Of a stretch of DNA of 64,000 nucleotides, positions 38,897 through 46,402 are shown piece after piece. Each line of letters starts with the position of its first letter. Position 1 is the stretch's first letter. The translations under genes were made by a program, and so were the position numbers. Under the pieces are notes generated by a model. That model made no database searches, was not told where the DNA came from, and worked only from the letters and a program-made list of their open reading frames with translations. The DNA is from Gemmatimonadota bacterium (GTDB taxonomy: Bacteria > Gemmatimonadota > Gemmatimonadetes > Gemmatimonadales > Gemmatimonadaceae), in contig JAZJZK010000014.1 of assembly GCA_040389905.1 (NCBI GenBank), positions 1 through 64,000 on the forward strand. The letters run 5' to 3'.

Positions 38897-40048
38897 TTAG
38901 TGCCGATCGGGACGATACGGTCGCGGCGCGGCAATACTCGCGAACAGCCGCTCGAATTCCGATCGAATGCCGGTGCGGAGTGGGATCTGGATGATCCCTA
39001 CCCCGAATTCCCAGTTGGCTTCGATGAGGAGCGGGCCCGCCGGCGTTACGGCCACATCCCAGCTCAACATCGGGAGCTCCGGAAAGGCGCGCGCGCCGGC
39101 ACACGCGAGTTGCTTCAGCGCTTCCCACTCAGGCACACGAAATCCCGACAATGTCTCCCCCGACGCCGGGTGCGTATCGAACCGTCGGATGAGGGATTCG
39201 TTCCGTGGCCGATGCACGCAATATTGCAATGTTCCACCTTCGAGATTCACGGGCGCAATCGACGCCAAGTTCGTTCCACCCTGGAAATTATCCGTGATGC
39301 GTCCAACGCCGGGCATCTTGAGGAGCGGCCACCGTAACTCAACGCGTCCGTCAGCAAGCAGGAAGGAATGAATGCGAATGGTCCCGAGACCGGGACCGGG
39401 CATCAGTGGCAAGAGATCGGCGTGGGGAATACACCGACGCTGAATCAACCACAACGAGGGCGGCTGGTGTGGCGGCTTGGGGCAGGATGCGAGCAGCGCG
39501 AACAGTGCCGCCGCATCCCCTACACCGCCCTCGCTCAGCGGCACGCCACCGCGAATAGCGACGCCAAACACACCGTGACCGCTTCCACCGAAGACAAGCT
39601 TCACGATGACATCGGCATCCCCGATGCTGCGAAGCAGGGCGTCCAACTCGGGCGCGGTGCGCGCGATCGGCCCGGTCCACGGCGACGGAATGGAGGCATC
39701 GGTGGCGATGACGCCCAGCAATTCCCCGCACGCAAGGCCCGCTTCCGCACAACGCTGGGCAAATGCGAGCTTGTTCTCTTCAAGATGGCGGAACTCTGTC
39801 GGCGCCAGTGCCTCTTGCCGCGGGCGAACTTCCTCGCCTCTGATGTACGCGCCGTAGCAAGACGGATCCTGATCCGCCAACGAGGCCTTTCCGAACATCG
39901 TCGGGCTACCGGAGTCGCGAAAGCGATAGATGGCCAGCCGATAGAGTATTCGGTGCAGTGGATGCCGCCCACCGGCGTGAATTGCGCTGACGGTGTTCCA
40001 GTACACCGTGGCAGATTCGACCCTGCGCCTCCAGCGTTCAAACGTCAT
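38897..40048 (-). CDS. ATP-grasp protein (sugar-transfer-associated ATP-grasp-like), paralog 1
   Basis: ENKLAF, IVKLVFGGSGHG, WLIQRRCIPH, GTIRIHS, TDNF, VPEWE, LSWDVAVTPAGPLLIEAN. Confidence 0.8.
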   Translation of the reverse strand: MTFERWRRRVESATVYWNTVSAIHAGGRHPLHRILYRLAIYRFRDSGSPTMFGKASLADQDPSCYGAYIRGEEVRPRQEALAPTEFRHLEENKLAFAQRCAEAGLACGELLGVIATDASIPSPWTGPIARTAPELDALLRSIGDADVIVKLVFGGSGHGVFGVAIRGGVPLSEGGVGDAAALFALLASCPKPPHQPPSLWLIQRRCIPHADLLPLMPGPGLGTIRIHSFLLADGRVELRWPLLKMPGVGRITDNFQGGTNLASIAPVNLEGGTLQYCVHRPRNESLIRRFDTHPASGETLSGFRVPEWEALKQLACAGARAFPELPMLSWDVAVTPAGPLLIEANWEFGVGIIQIPLRTGIRSEFERLFASIAAPRPYRPDRH

Positions 40049-40074
40049 GACGGAACGGCCCACCGCAACGTCAT
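40045..40074 (-). CDS. Possible 9-aa mini-ORF (MTLRWAVPS) linking the asnB-like and ATP-grasp genes
   Basis: ATGA overlaps at both ends: its ATG overlaps the asnB stop and its TGA overlaps the ATP-grasp ATG. Confidence 0.35.
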   Translation of the reverse strand: MTLRWAVPS

Positions 40075-41876
40075 GACGCGACAGCCCATCGTTCTGATGC
40101 GGCAGGCGAGGTCGGTACGCCGAAGCTGTCGAGCAGAATCCCGAGGGTGTGAATGAGCCAGAGCGCTTCCGGGTCGCGCTCCACGATCGCCGCCCGAACG
40201 AATCCCGCGGGAAGAAGTCCGGCGACCTCATCGCACACCGTTATCTGTTCGAACGTCTCCGACATCCATTGCTCCCATGGTACTTCGAAGCCGCGCTTCG
40301 ACCATCGCGAGACATGGGGCGGATAATACAGATCGCACAGGGCACGCAAGACCGGCTTGGAGCCGTTTACGTAGCGCAACTCGCGCGGAAGCCGGCACGC
40401 CAACGCGACAACGGGCGCTTCGAGAAAGGGCGCCGCTGTCGTCAGCCCGAGCGGCTGCGACAGCCGGTCGTGCCGCAAGAGCGAACTGGCGAGGAACGTG
40501 TTCGCCTGATAGCTCTGGAGCGCATCCGCATCATCCGCATAGTCCGAGAAGTGTTGCATCGGCAAGAGTCCATGCGCGTCGCGCCCGACGACATCCAATA
40601 GGACGCGCGCCACGCCAGGCGTGTACAAGACGCGATCGAGCAACGACGCAAAGCTGACGGGGGTACAGTCCAGAACTTGAGCAAGTCGCCACGCCCGCTC
40701 GCTCTCGAACGCGCGCAGCCGTCGGGCCGCCGTGCGCCGAACGGCAGCAGGAATGCAATCGAACAGGGCGTGCTTTCGTGTGAATTGCCCGACGCGGCGC
40801 GAATCGGCCAAGCCGAACAGTACTTCCGCTCCGTCACCATGCATGACGACGTCGACATGTCCGGCGGCGGCTTCGAGCAGTTGCGCGAGCACCAGATTGT
40901 TTGCGTGCCTCGGACACTGCTCCACGCGCCGCACCATGCTGCGGACCCTGTCGTCCAGCGACGCGACGGTAACGTCCACCACGACAGATTGCATGCCGAG
41001 ATGCTCCGCGACCTCGATCGCGCGATGCATCTCGATGTTGTCGGAGTCCGGTAGTCGGCCAACGAACGCAATGCACCGCGCCGTGGTCTCGCTCGCGACG
41101 CCGGCAATGACGGATGAATCGATACCGCCACTCAAGAGAATGCCGACGCGCTCCCGACCCTCGACGATCGAGTCGATGGACGCTCGCAGTGCCACACGCG
41201 CCTGGTCGCGAAATGATTCCATGCTCGTTGCGTGCACGGATTCGGGCGCAAATGGCAAGCGCCAATACTGCCGCACGACGGGTGACATTCCACTCCCGCC
41301 CAGCCGAACGCAGAACGCCGCGGGGACTTGCGCTATCGGCGACAGCAGATGGTGCTCGCCGACCAACCATCGAGCCACGATCATCTCGCGGAGCGCGCGC
41401 TCGTCGATGTTGAGGACAACGCCGAGTGCAGCCAGCACCTTACATTCGGATGCGACGTACGCGACATCGTCCCACACGAGCCAGAAGAGCGGGCGGGAGC
41501 CGAAGCGGTCGCGAACGAGCGTGATCTCCTGCGACCGGTGGTCGAACGCGCAGAGCGCAAATGACCCCTGAAGATCGGGAAGTATCGACGCTCCCTGGTC
41601 GCCCCAGACCCGCGCCAGTTCGTCGAGTGGCGTTCCAGCGACCGCAGGTTCTCGCGCTCCGAGCCCCGCGCGACCGTCCACCATCACGAAGTGGTCGCGG
41701 CTGTCCGACACATGACCGTCGACGCCGCCGATCAAACAGAGCACATTACCGGCACGGTGCTCGCGTATGTTTCCAGGACAGCGTTCGCGCATGGCGACGG
41801 TCACCGAGTGACGCACATCCTCGGGAAGGACCGCCCCGCCGCCAGACTGAGGAAACGCTCCGAAGAGTGTTGCCAC
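40071..41876 (-). CDS. Asparagine synthetase-like ATP-dependent amide ligase lacking the N-terminal catalytic Cys
   Basis: GSFAL, RDRFGSRPLF, ASECK, LLSGGIDSS, HGDGAEVLFG, APFL, SKRGF; the N-terminus is MATLFG, not MC. Confidence 0.82.
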   Translation of the reverse strand: MATLFGAFPQSGGGAVLPEDVRHSVTVAMRERCPGNIREHRAGNVLCLIGGVDGHVSDSRDHFVMVDGRAGLGAREPAVAGTPLDELARVWGDQGASILPDLQGSFALCAFDHRSQEITLVRDRFGSRPLFWLVWDDVAYVASECKVLAALGVVLNIDERALREMIVARWLVGEHHLLSPIAQVPAAFCVRLGGSGMSPVVRQYWRLPFAPESVHATSMESFRDQARVALRASIDSIVEGRERVGILLSGGIDSSVIAGVASETTARCIAFVGRLPDSDNIEMHRAIEVAEHLGMQSVVVDVTVASLDDRVRSMVRRVEQCPRHANNLVLAQLLEAAAGHVDVVMHGDGAEVLFGLADSRRVGQFTRKHALFDCIPAAVRRTAARRLRAFESERAWRLAQVLDCTPVSFASLLDRVLYTPGVARVLLDVVGRDAHGLLPMQHFSDYADDADALQSYQANTFLASSLLRHDRLSQPLGLTTAAPFLEAPVVALACRLPRELRYVNGSKPVLRALCDLYYPPHVSRWSKRGFEVPWEQWMSETFEQITVCDEVAGLLPAGFVRAAIVERDPEALWLIHTLGILLDSFGVPTSPAASERWAVAS

Positions 41877-41939
41877 AGCTAGCCCTCGGCGTTTACGCCC
41901 GGCATCGTCGGGTGACGAATGCCGCTAGCGGGAGCATCG

Positions 41940-43313
41940 CTAGTAGTAATAGCCAAAGATGATGTCCATCTCCTCGTCGCTCGTCAGGCCGAACGCAATG
42001 GCCTTCGTCGTCGTGTTGTTGTAGGTCACGATCGACCGGAGACCTTCGTTCTTCGCGAGCACAATGGGCGTCGCGTACGTCACGATCCGCGGATGCTCCC
42101 AATCGGTGTTCTCGTAGACGAGTTCACCGTCGCGCGCTCCGCCGACAATCTTGATCTGGAACTTTGTGCCGCGCGCATGCATGTGCGACGTGAGCGCTGT
42201 TACCGTCGTCTGCTTGTCGAAACGAAAATCCTTTTGTACGACCGTCACCTGTCCCGCCGGCAGGTTGAGATCCATGTTGGTAAGGTTCAGCGTCGAGAGC
42301 GGATGCACGACTTGCGCTGCAGGAATCGTATACAGGTTGACGTACGCCTCACCGGGAATCTGGCTGTTCGTGTGGTTGGCGTAATGCACGTTGAGGTCGA
42401 TTGCGGCGTCGGCGGGCAGCTTGAGCGCGGTCCCTGCGGGAAACACATAGTTGCTCTGCTGCGTCATCGATCCCGCAAAGAAGACGTGATAGCCCATCGA
42501 GAGCATGTTCACGACGTTCATCGATCCGTCAGGATTCCGGATGTCGCGCACGGTGTTGGGCACCGGAACGAAGAACGACGGAATGCTCGAGTTGAACGTG
42601 TACAGCACGAAATGATGACTGAGCGGGCGCATCGATGTTTCGATGCGGGAGATGTAGACGTCGCCGCTATTGCCGAGTTTCCGGTAGTTGAAAAGTTCGC
42701 GTTCGAAGTTGGCGCTGATGTCGAACTGGTCCACCTTGAGCTGGAATCCTGCCCCGGCGGACGGCGCCGGCAGCGCCGCAAAGGGCTGCACGCTCTGCGA
42801 CGTCTTGTCGGACAGGAGCGCCGTGTTCGTGACCACGGCGCCGGTCTTTGGCGCGCCCGCGGCAATCCACTGGCGCACGAACTCGAGTTGACCGGGGCTT
42901 ACACCGCCAGTGCCGGTCGGCATCGGGTTCCCGTAATCGCTCGCGTGATGACCGGGTGGAAAGACGAGCTTGTGATAGAGCAGGCTCGAATCCGGCTTGC
43001 CTGCAACGACGCGCTTGAGTCCGTCGGCAACGGCATTCGGATTCGTCGGCTTCACGCCGACGAGATTCTGGTACGCGACATCCGCGGTCAGGACGAGACC
43101 GCCCTGCGCGTTGGCCCCAACATGGCACGCCGCCGTCGCGCAGCTTGGCGTCAACAATTGCGTCTGAATTTGCTCGAAGCTACTCAGGCTGGCCGTCGGT
43201 GTGGTGGTCGGTGGCGTACTCGTGCCGGCGGCAGGGCCGGTGTCGCCACCACATCCAGAGAGTGCGACGGGAACGGCCGCCAGAAAGAAGCAGCGAGTCA
43301 GGAGTAGTCGCAT
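41940..43313 (-). CDS. Lipoprotein: cytochrome c-like domain (Cx4CH) fused to a PHM/DBM-like copper type II monooxygenase domain
   Basis: Lipobox LSGC; CATAACH...GKPDSSLL...PMP...VRQWIAAGA; copper ligand pattern SHHF, NVHY, SHMH, DEEM. Confidence 0.7.
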   Translation of the reverse strand: MRLLLTRCFFLAAVPVALSGCGGDTGPAAGTSTPPTTTPTASLSSFEQIQTQLLTPSCATAACHVGANAQGGLVLTADVAYQNLVGVKPTNPNAVADGLKRVVAGKPDSSLLYHKLVFPPGHHASDYGNPMPTGTGGVSPGQLEFVRQWIAAGAPKTGAVVTNTALLSDKTSQSVQPFAALPAPSAGAGFQLKVDQFDISANFERELFNYRKLGNSGDVYISRIETSMRPLSHHFVLYTFNSSIPSFFVPVPNTVRDIRNPDGSMNVVNMLSMGYHVFFAGSMTQQSNYVFPAGTALKLPADAAIDLNVHYANHTNSQIPGEAYVNLYTIPAAQVVHPLSTLNLTNMDLNLPAGQVTVVQKDFRFDKQTTVTALTSHMHARGTKFQIKIVGGARDGELVYENTDWEHPRIVTYATPIVLAKNEGLRSIVTYNNTTTKAIAFGLTSDEEMDIIFGYYY

Positions 43314-43393
43314 GCGTCCAAGTCGAGAGGAGGGGGCACGACAGCGGTGCGAGCCCCACGCTACACGCCGTGGGGCTGTACGACAAGAGAAAG

Positions 43394-43999
43394 CTAGCGG
43401 GATCCGGACGTGGCGCGCACTGCCTCGACATTGATTTCAATCTTGACGTCGTCGCCCAGCATCACGCCACCGCCTTCGGCCGCGCGGTTCCATTTCACGC
43501 CGTAGTCCATCCGGTTGACCGTCGTCGTTGCGTCGAAACCGAAGCGGTCTCCCTGCGCCGACTTCTGAATGCCGTTGAACGATCCCGTCAGCACCACCGC
43601 CCTGGTCACACCGCGGATGGTGAGACTCCCATAGATCTTCGCGTCATCGCCACTTCGCTCGATCCGGCTGCTCTTGAAGATGATGGTAGGAAAGCTGTCG
43701 GCCGCGAAGAAGTCGTTCGACTTGAGGTGCGCGTCGCGTTGGTCGTTGTTCGTGCTGATGCTGGAGGCGACGATTTCAACGTCGATCTGGGCGTTCTGCC
43801 ACGCCTCGGGATCGCCCGTCACCGTGCCCTTGTACTCTTTGAAGCGACCGGGGACCTTGCTGACGAAATGCCGAATCTGGAACGAGACATTGGAGTGCGT
43901 CTTGTCGATGTTCCAGACGGCCGGGGCCGCTTTGGTAGGGTTGGGTGTTATAACAACTGTCGGAACGAGAAGCGCGGCGGCAATGAGTCGTGACAGCAT
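43394..43999 (-). CDS. YceI family periplasmic lipid/polyisoprenoid-binding protein
   Basis: Signal peptide; WNIDKTHS.VSFQIRH, RDAHLKS.DFF, GSLTIRGVT, NRMDYG. Confidence 0.92.
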   Translation of the reverse strand: MLSRLIAAALLVPTVVITPNPTKAAPAVWNIDKTHSNVSFQIRHFVSKVPGRFKEYKGTVTGDPEAWQNAQIDVEIVASSISTNNDQRDAHLKSNDFFAADSFPTIIFKSSRIERSGDDAKIYGSLTIRGVTRAVVLTGSFNGIQKSAQGDRFGFDATTTVNRMDYGVKWNRAAEGGGVMLGDDVKIEINVEAVRATSGSR

Positions 44000-44160
44000 G
44001 GTAGCTCCGATAATGTGTGTGAGAACACACAATATACTCCGATGCTACGCCGAGCGTTGGTTCTGACTCGACCGTGGGACGGGTGGACAGCAAAGGGACC
44101 CGGTGTGACTTTGCACTCCGACGTCGCCGCGTTTGATGCGCGACCGGTTCACATGGGAGG

Positions 44161-45342
44161 GTGTGTGGAGCACCGACTCAAGAAGCGCCGCCACTGGTGA
44201 CACGTTCGCCTGATGCGGACGCGCACCTCTGGCCGTCGCCGAGTCAGCGTCTGCTGCTGTGTGCCGCCCTTGGTGAACCGGCCGCGGCCGTGGACGCCTT
44301 CGCCAACTGGCGCGCTTCCATCGACCCGAACGCCGCCTTCGGATGGGACGCGCTGTGCCTGCTCCCGCTCGCGTACGACAACCTCCGTCGGTTGGGCGTG
44401 CACGATGAGCCGATGGAGCGGATGAAGGGGGTGTATCGGAAGACCTTCGTCGAGACGAACCGGCTCTTCCACGAGACGCGGCCCGTTCTCGAGCAGCTCG
44501 CCAATGAGGGCATCGAACTGCTGTTGCTGAAGGGCGCCCCGTTGTCATTCTCGTACTACGGGAACCTCGCGCTTCGGCCAATGTCCGACGTGGACTTTGT
44601 CGTGCGAACGACCCAGGTGGCTGACGCCGTGCGCGTATTGGAGGCGCACGGTTGGCGCGGGGATTACGTCGCTGACGACGTATCGCTGCGCTTCCGCCAT
44701 GCCATCCGTTTCACCCGAGATGACGGACGCGAGCTCGATCTGCACTGGCGCGTGCTGATCGAGAGCAGAGACGACGCGTCCACGGATTTCTTCTGGCAGC
44801 ATACCGTACCGTGCAGCTTCCTCGGCATACATGCGCGTCAGCTCGATCCGACGGCACTGATCGTTCACACAGTGCTGCACGGGGTGCGCTGGAATACGGT
44901 CACTCCCGTCCGATGGATTCCTGATGCCCTGCTCGTGCTGCGCACGCGTGGCTCGGAAGTCGACTGGAATGCGGTGTTGGCTTTCGCGACAAGACGCAAG
45001 GTGACGTTCCGATTGGGACTCGGGCTCTCCTTCCTCGCGAAAGAGTTCGACGCACCGATTCCGGCGGATGTGATCCGGGCGGTCACGCAGCGAGGTCCGA
45101 CGGTCGCCGAGCGGCTGGAGAACATGACGCTGCTGGTGGATCCGGTCCGCTTCCTCGGGCCCGTGGGCAACACGCTCTGGATCGCGCTGGACTACTCGCG
45201 CGGCCCAGGCTACGGCGGCGTCATTGCGTATCTGGCAGAGTTTCCGAACTACCTCGCATTTCGCTGGTACCTCTCGAATCGACGGGAGGTCCTACCGTAC
45301 GTGTTTCGGCGCTTGGTCCGCCGATTAACGCGACGCGCATGA
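44161..45342 (+). CDS. Uncharacterised nucleotidyltransferase family protein (NTP_transf_5-like); start uncertain (44161 or 44197)
   Basis: LLLKGAPL...YY...RPMSDVDFVV...ELDLHW...HTVLHG...RWIPD. Confidence 0.8.
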   Translation: MCGAPTQEAPPLVTRSPDADAHLWPSPSQRLLLCAALGEPAAAVDAFANWRASIDPNAAFGWDALCLLPLAYDNLRRLGVHDEPMERMKGVYRKTFVETNRLFHETRPVLEQLANEGIELLLLKGAPLSFSYYGNLALRPMSDVDFVVRTTQVADAVRVLEAHGWRGDYVADDVSLRFRHAIRFTRDDGRELDLHWRVLIESRDDASTDFFWQHTVPCSFLGIHARQLDPTALIVHTVLHGVRWNTVTPVRWIPDALLVLRTRGSEVDWNAVLAFATRRKVTFRLGLGLSFLAKEFDAPIPADVIRAVTQRGPTVAERLENMTLLVDPVRFLGPVGNTLWIALDYSRGPGYGGVIAYLAEFPNYLAFRWYLSNRREVLPYVFRRLVRRLTRRA

Positions 45343-45372
45343 GCTCAACCCAACTGCCTGAATGCGGATTGT

Positions 45373-45412
45373 TGTCATTCCGCCCGAGGAGTGAAGCGAC
45401 GAGCGTCGGGGA
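45373..45412. repeat. Partial REP-like element between the convergent nucleotidyltransferase and phhA
   Basis: TGTCATTCC...CGAGGAGTGAAGCGACGA resembles the cores at 63494-63520 and 5527-5553. Confidence 0.45.
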
Positions 45413-45413
45413 G

Positions 45414-46172
45414 CTACAGCAGCTCGAGGCGGTTGTCCGCCTCTTCGACAGCCTGAAAGAGCTGACGGTAATCGTCGACGACGAAGAGGACGTCTTGCAA
45501 TCGGTCGATTTCGAACGGCTGCGCAAGGACAGCGTCGAGTGAGAAAGGGCGACGATCGCAACTCGAGCCGAGCGCGTTCGCCGCGTCGCCGTGCGAGGAG
45601 ATGAGCCCCGAGCCATAGACCTTCACCGCACCATCCTCGTGCACGAGACCGAATTCCACGGTGAACCAGAACAGGCGTGCCATTGCTTCGACCTGCGCTT
45701 CCGTACGTGCGCGTGATGCGGCTTGGCCGAAGCGCTGAAGAAAGTCGGCGAACACGGGGTGCGCGTGGAGCGGCACGTGGCCAAACACGTCGTGAAAGAT
45801 GTCGGGCTCGGGGAGATAGTCGAGCTGCGCCATCGGTCGCACCGTCACGGTCGTCGGAAAGCGTCGTTCCGCGAGACAGGCAAAAAACTCCTTCGCCGGC
45901 AGAAACCCGGAGACCGGCACCGCCGCCCAGCCCGTCCGTTCTGCCAGTCGCGCGTTGACGTCGGCGAGGTCGGGCACGTACGACGCGCCGATACCAATCG
46001 TCGCCGCGCCTTCGAGAAACACCTTGCTGCCCGTGCTCACGAGCGTCTCCATGCGTCGTTCGTACAGGAGCGACCACACGAGGTGATCCTCAGCCGTGTA
46101 CGAGGCCCAGTCCTGTGAAATGAAGGAGGCGGGAGCTGGCGAATGCAGGTGTGAGCAGAGCGTGTCGTCCAT
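45414..46172 (-). CDS. phhA: Phenylalanine 4-hydroxylase
   Basis: YLPEPDIFHDVFGHVP (Fe ligands), RLFWFTVEFGL, YGSGLISS. Confidence 0.92.
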   Translation of the reverse strand: MDDTLCSHLHSPAPASFISQDWASYTAEDHLVWSLLYERRMETLVSTGSKVFLEGAATIGIGASYVPDLADVNARLAERTGWAAVPVSGFLPAKEFFACLAERRFPTTVTVRPMAQLDYLPEPDIFHDVFGHVPLHAHPVFADFLQRFGQAASRARTEAQVEAMARLFWFTVEFGLVHEDGAVKVYGSGLISSHGDAANALGSSCDRRPFSLDAVLAQPFEIDRLQDVLFVVDDYRQLFQAVEEADNRLELL

Positions 46173-46208
46173 GAGAGTTCCTCAACCCTTTTCCTATGGG
46201 AAATCCCA

Positions 46209-46308
46209 GAAGCAGATTCGACGGACTGGCGGACTGCACGGATCAACTACGGTTGAACTCCATTAGATGCAATCCGTATTCATCCGTAGAATCCGTACAA
46301 TCTGCTTC
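46209..46308. repeat. Imperfect palindrome with ~9-nt CGGA periodicity
   Basis: Left GAAGCAGATTCGACGGACTGGCGGACTGCACGGAT; right revcomp GAAGCAGATTGTACGGATTCTACGGATGAATACGGAT. Confidence 0.7.
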
Positions 46309-46402
46309 ATGGTCAGTTGCTGTTCCGTTGTTGCAAGCGCTTGAATCCGCGCCAATCAAGTTCGGAGAATTCGCTGCATCGCGCAACGATATTCGGGTTG
46401 GG

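Noticed and set aside
43352..43377. 9-bp hairpin AGCCCCACG/CGTGGGGCT between yceI and the monooxygenase gene
   Set aside because: No T-tract on the coding strand, so a terminator call is not supported.
37736..45342. Calling the asnB/nucleotidyltransferase block a canonical lasso-peptide cluster
   Set aside because: No PqqD/RRE, no B2 transglutaminase-like protease and no precursor with a lasso leader motif found in the window.
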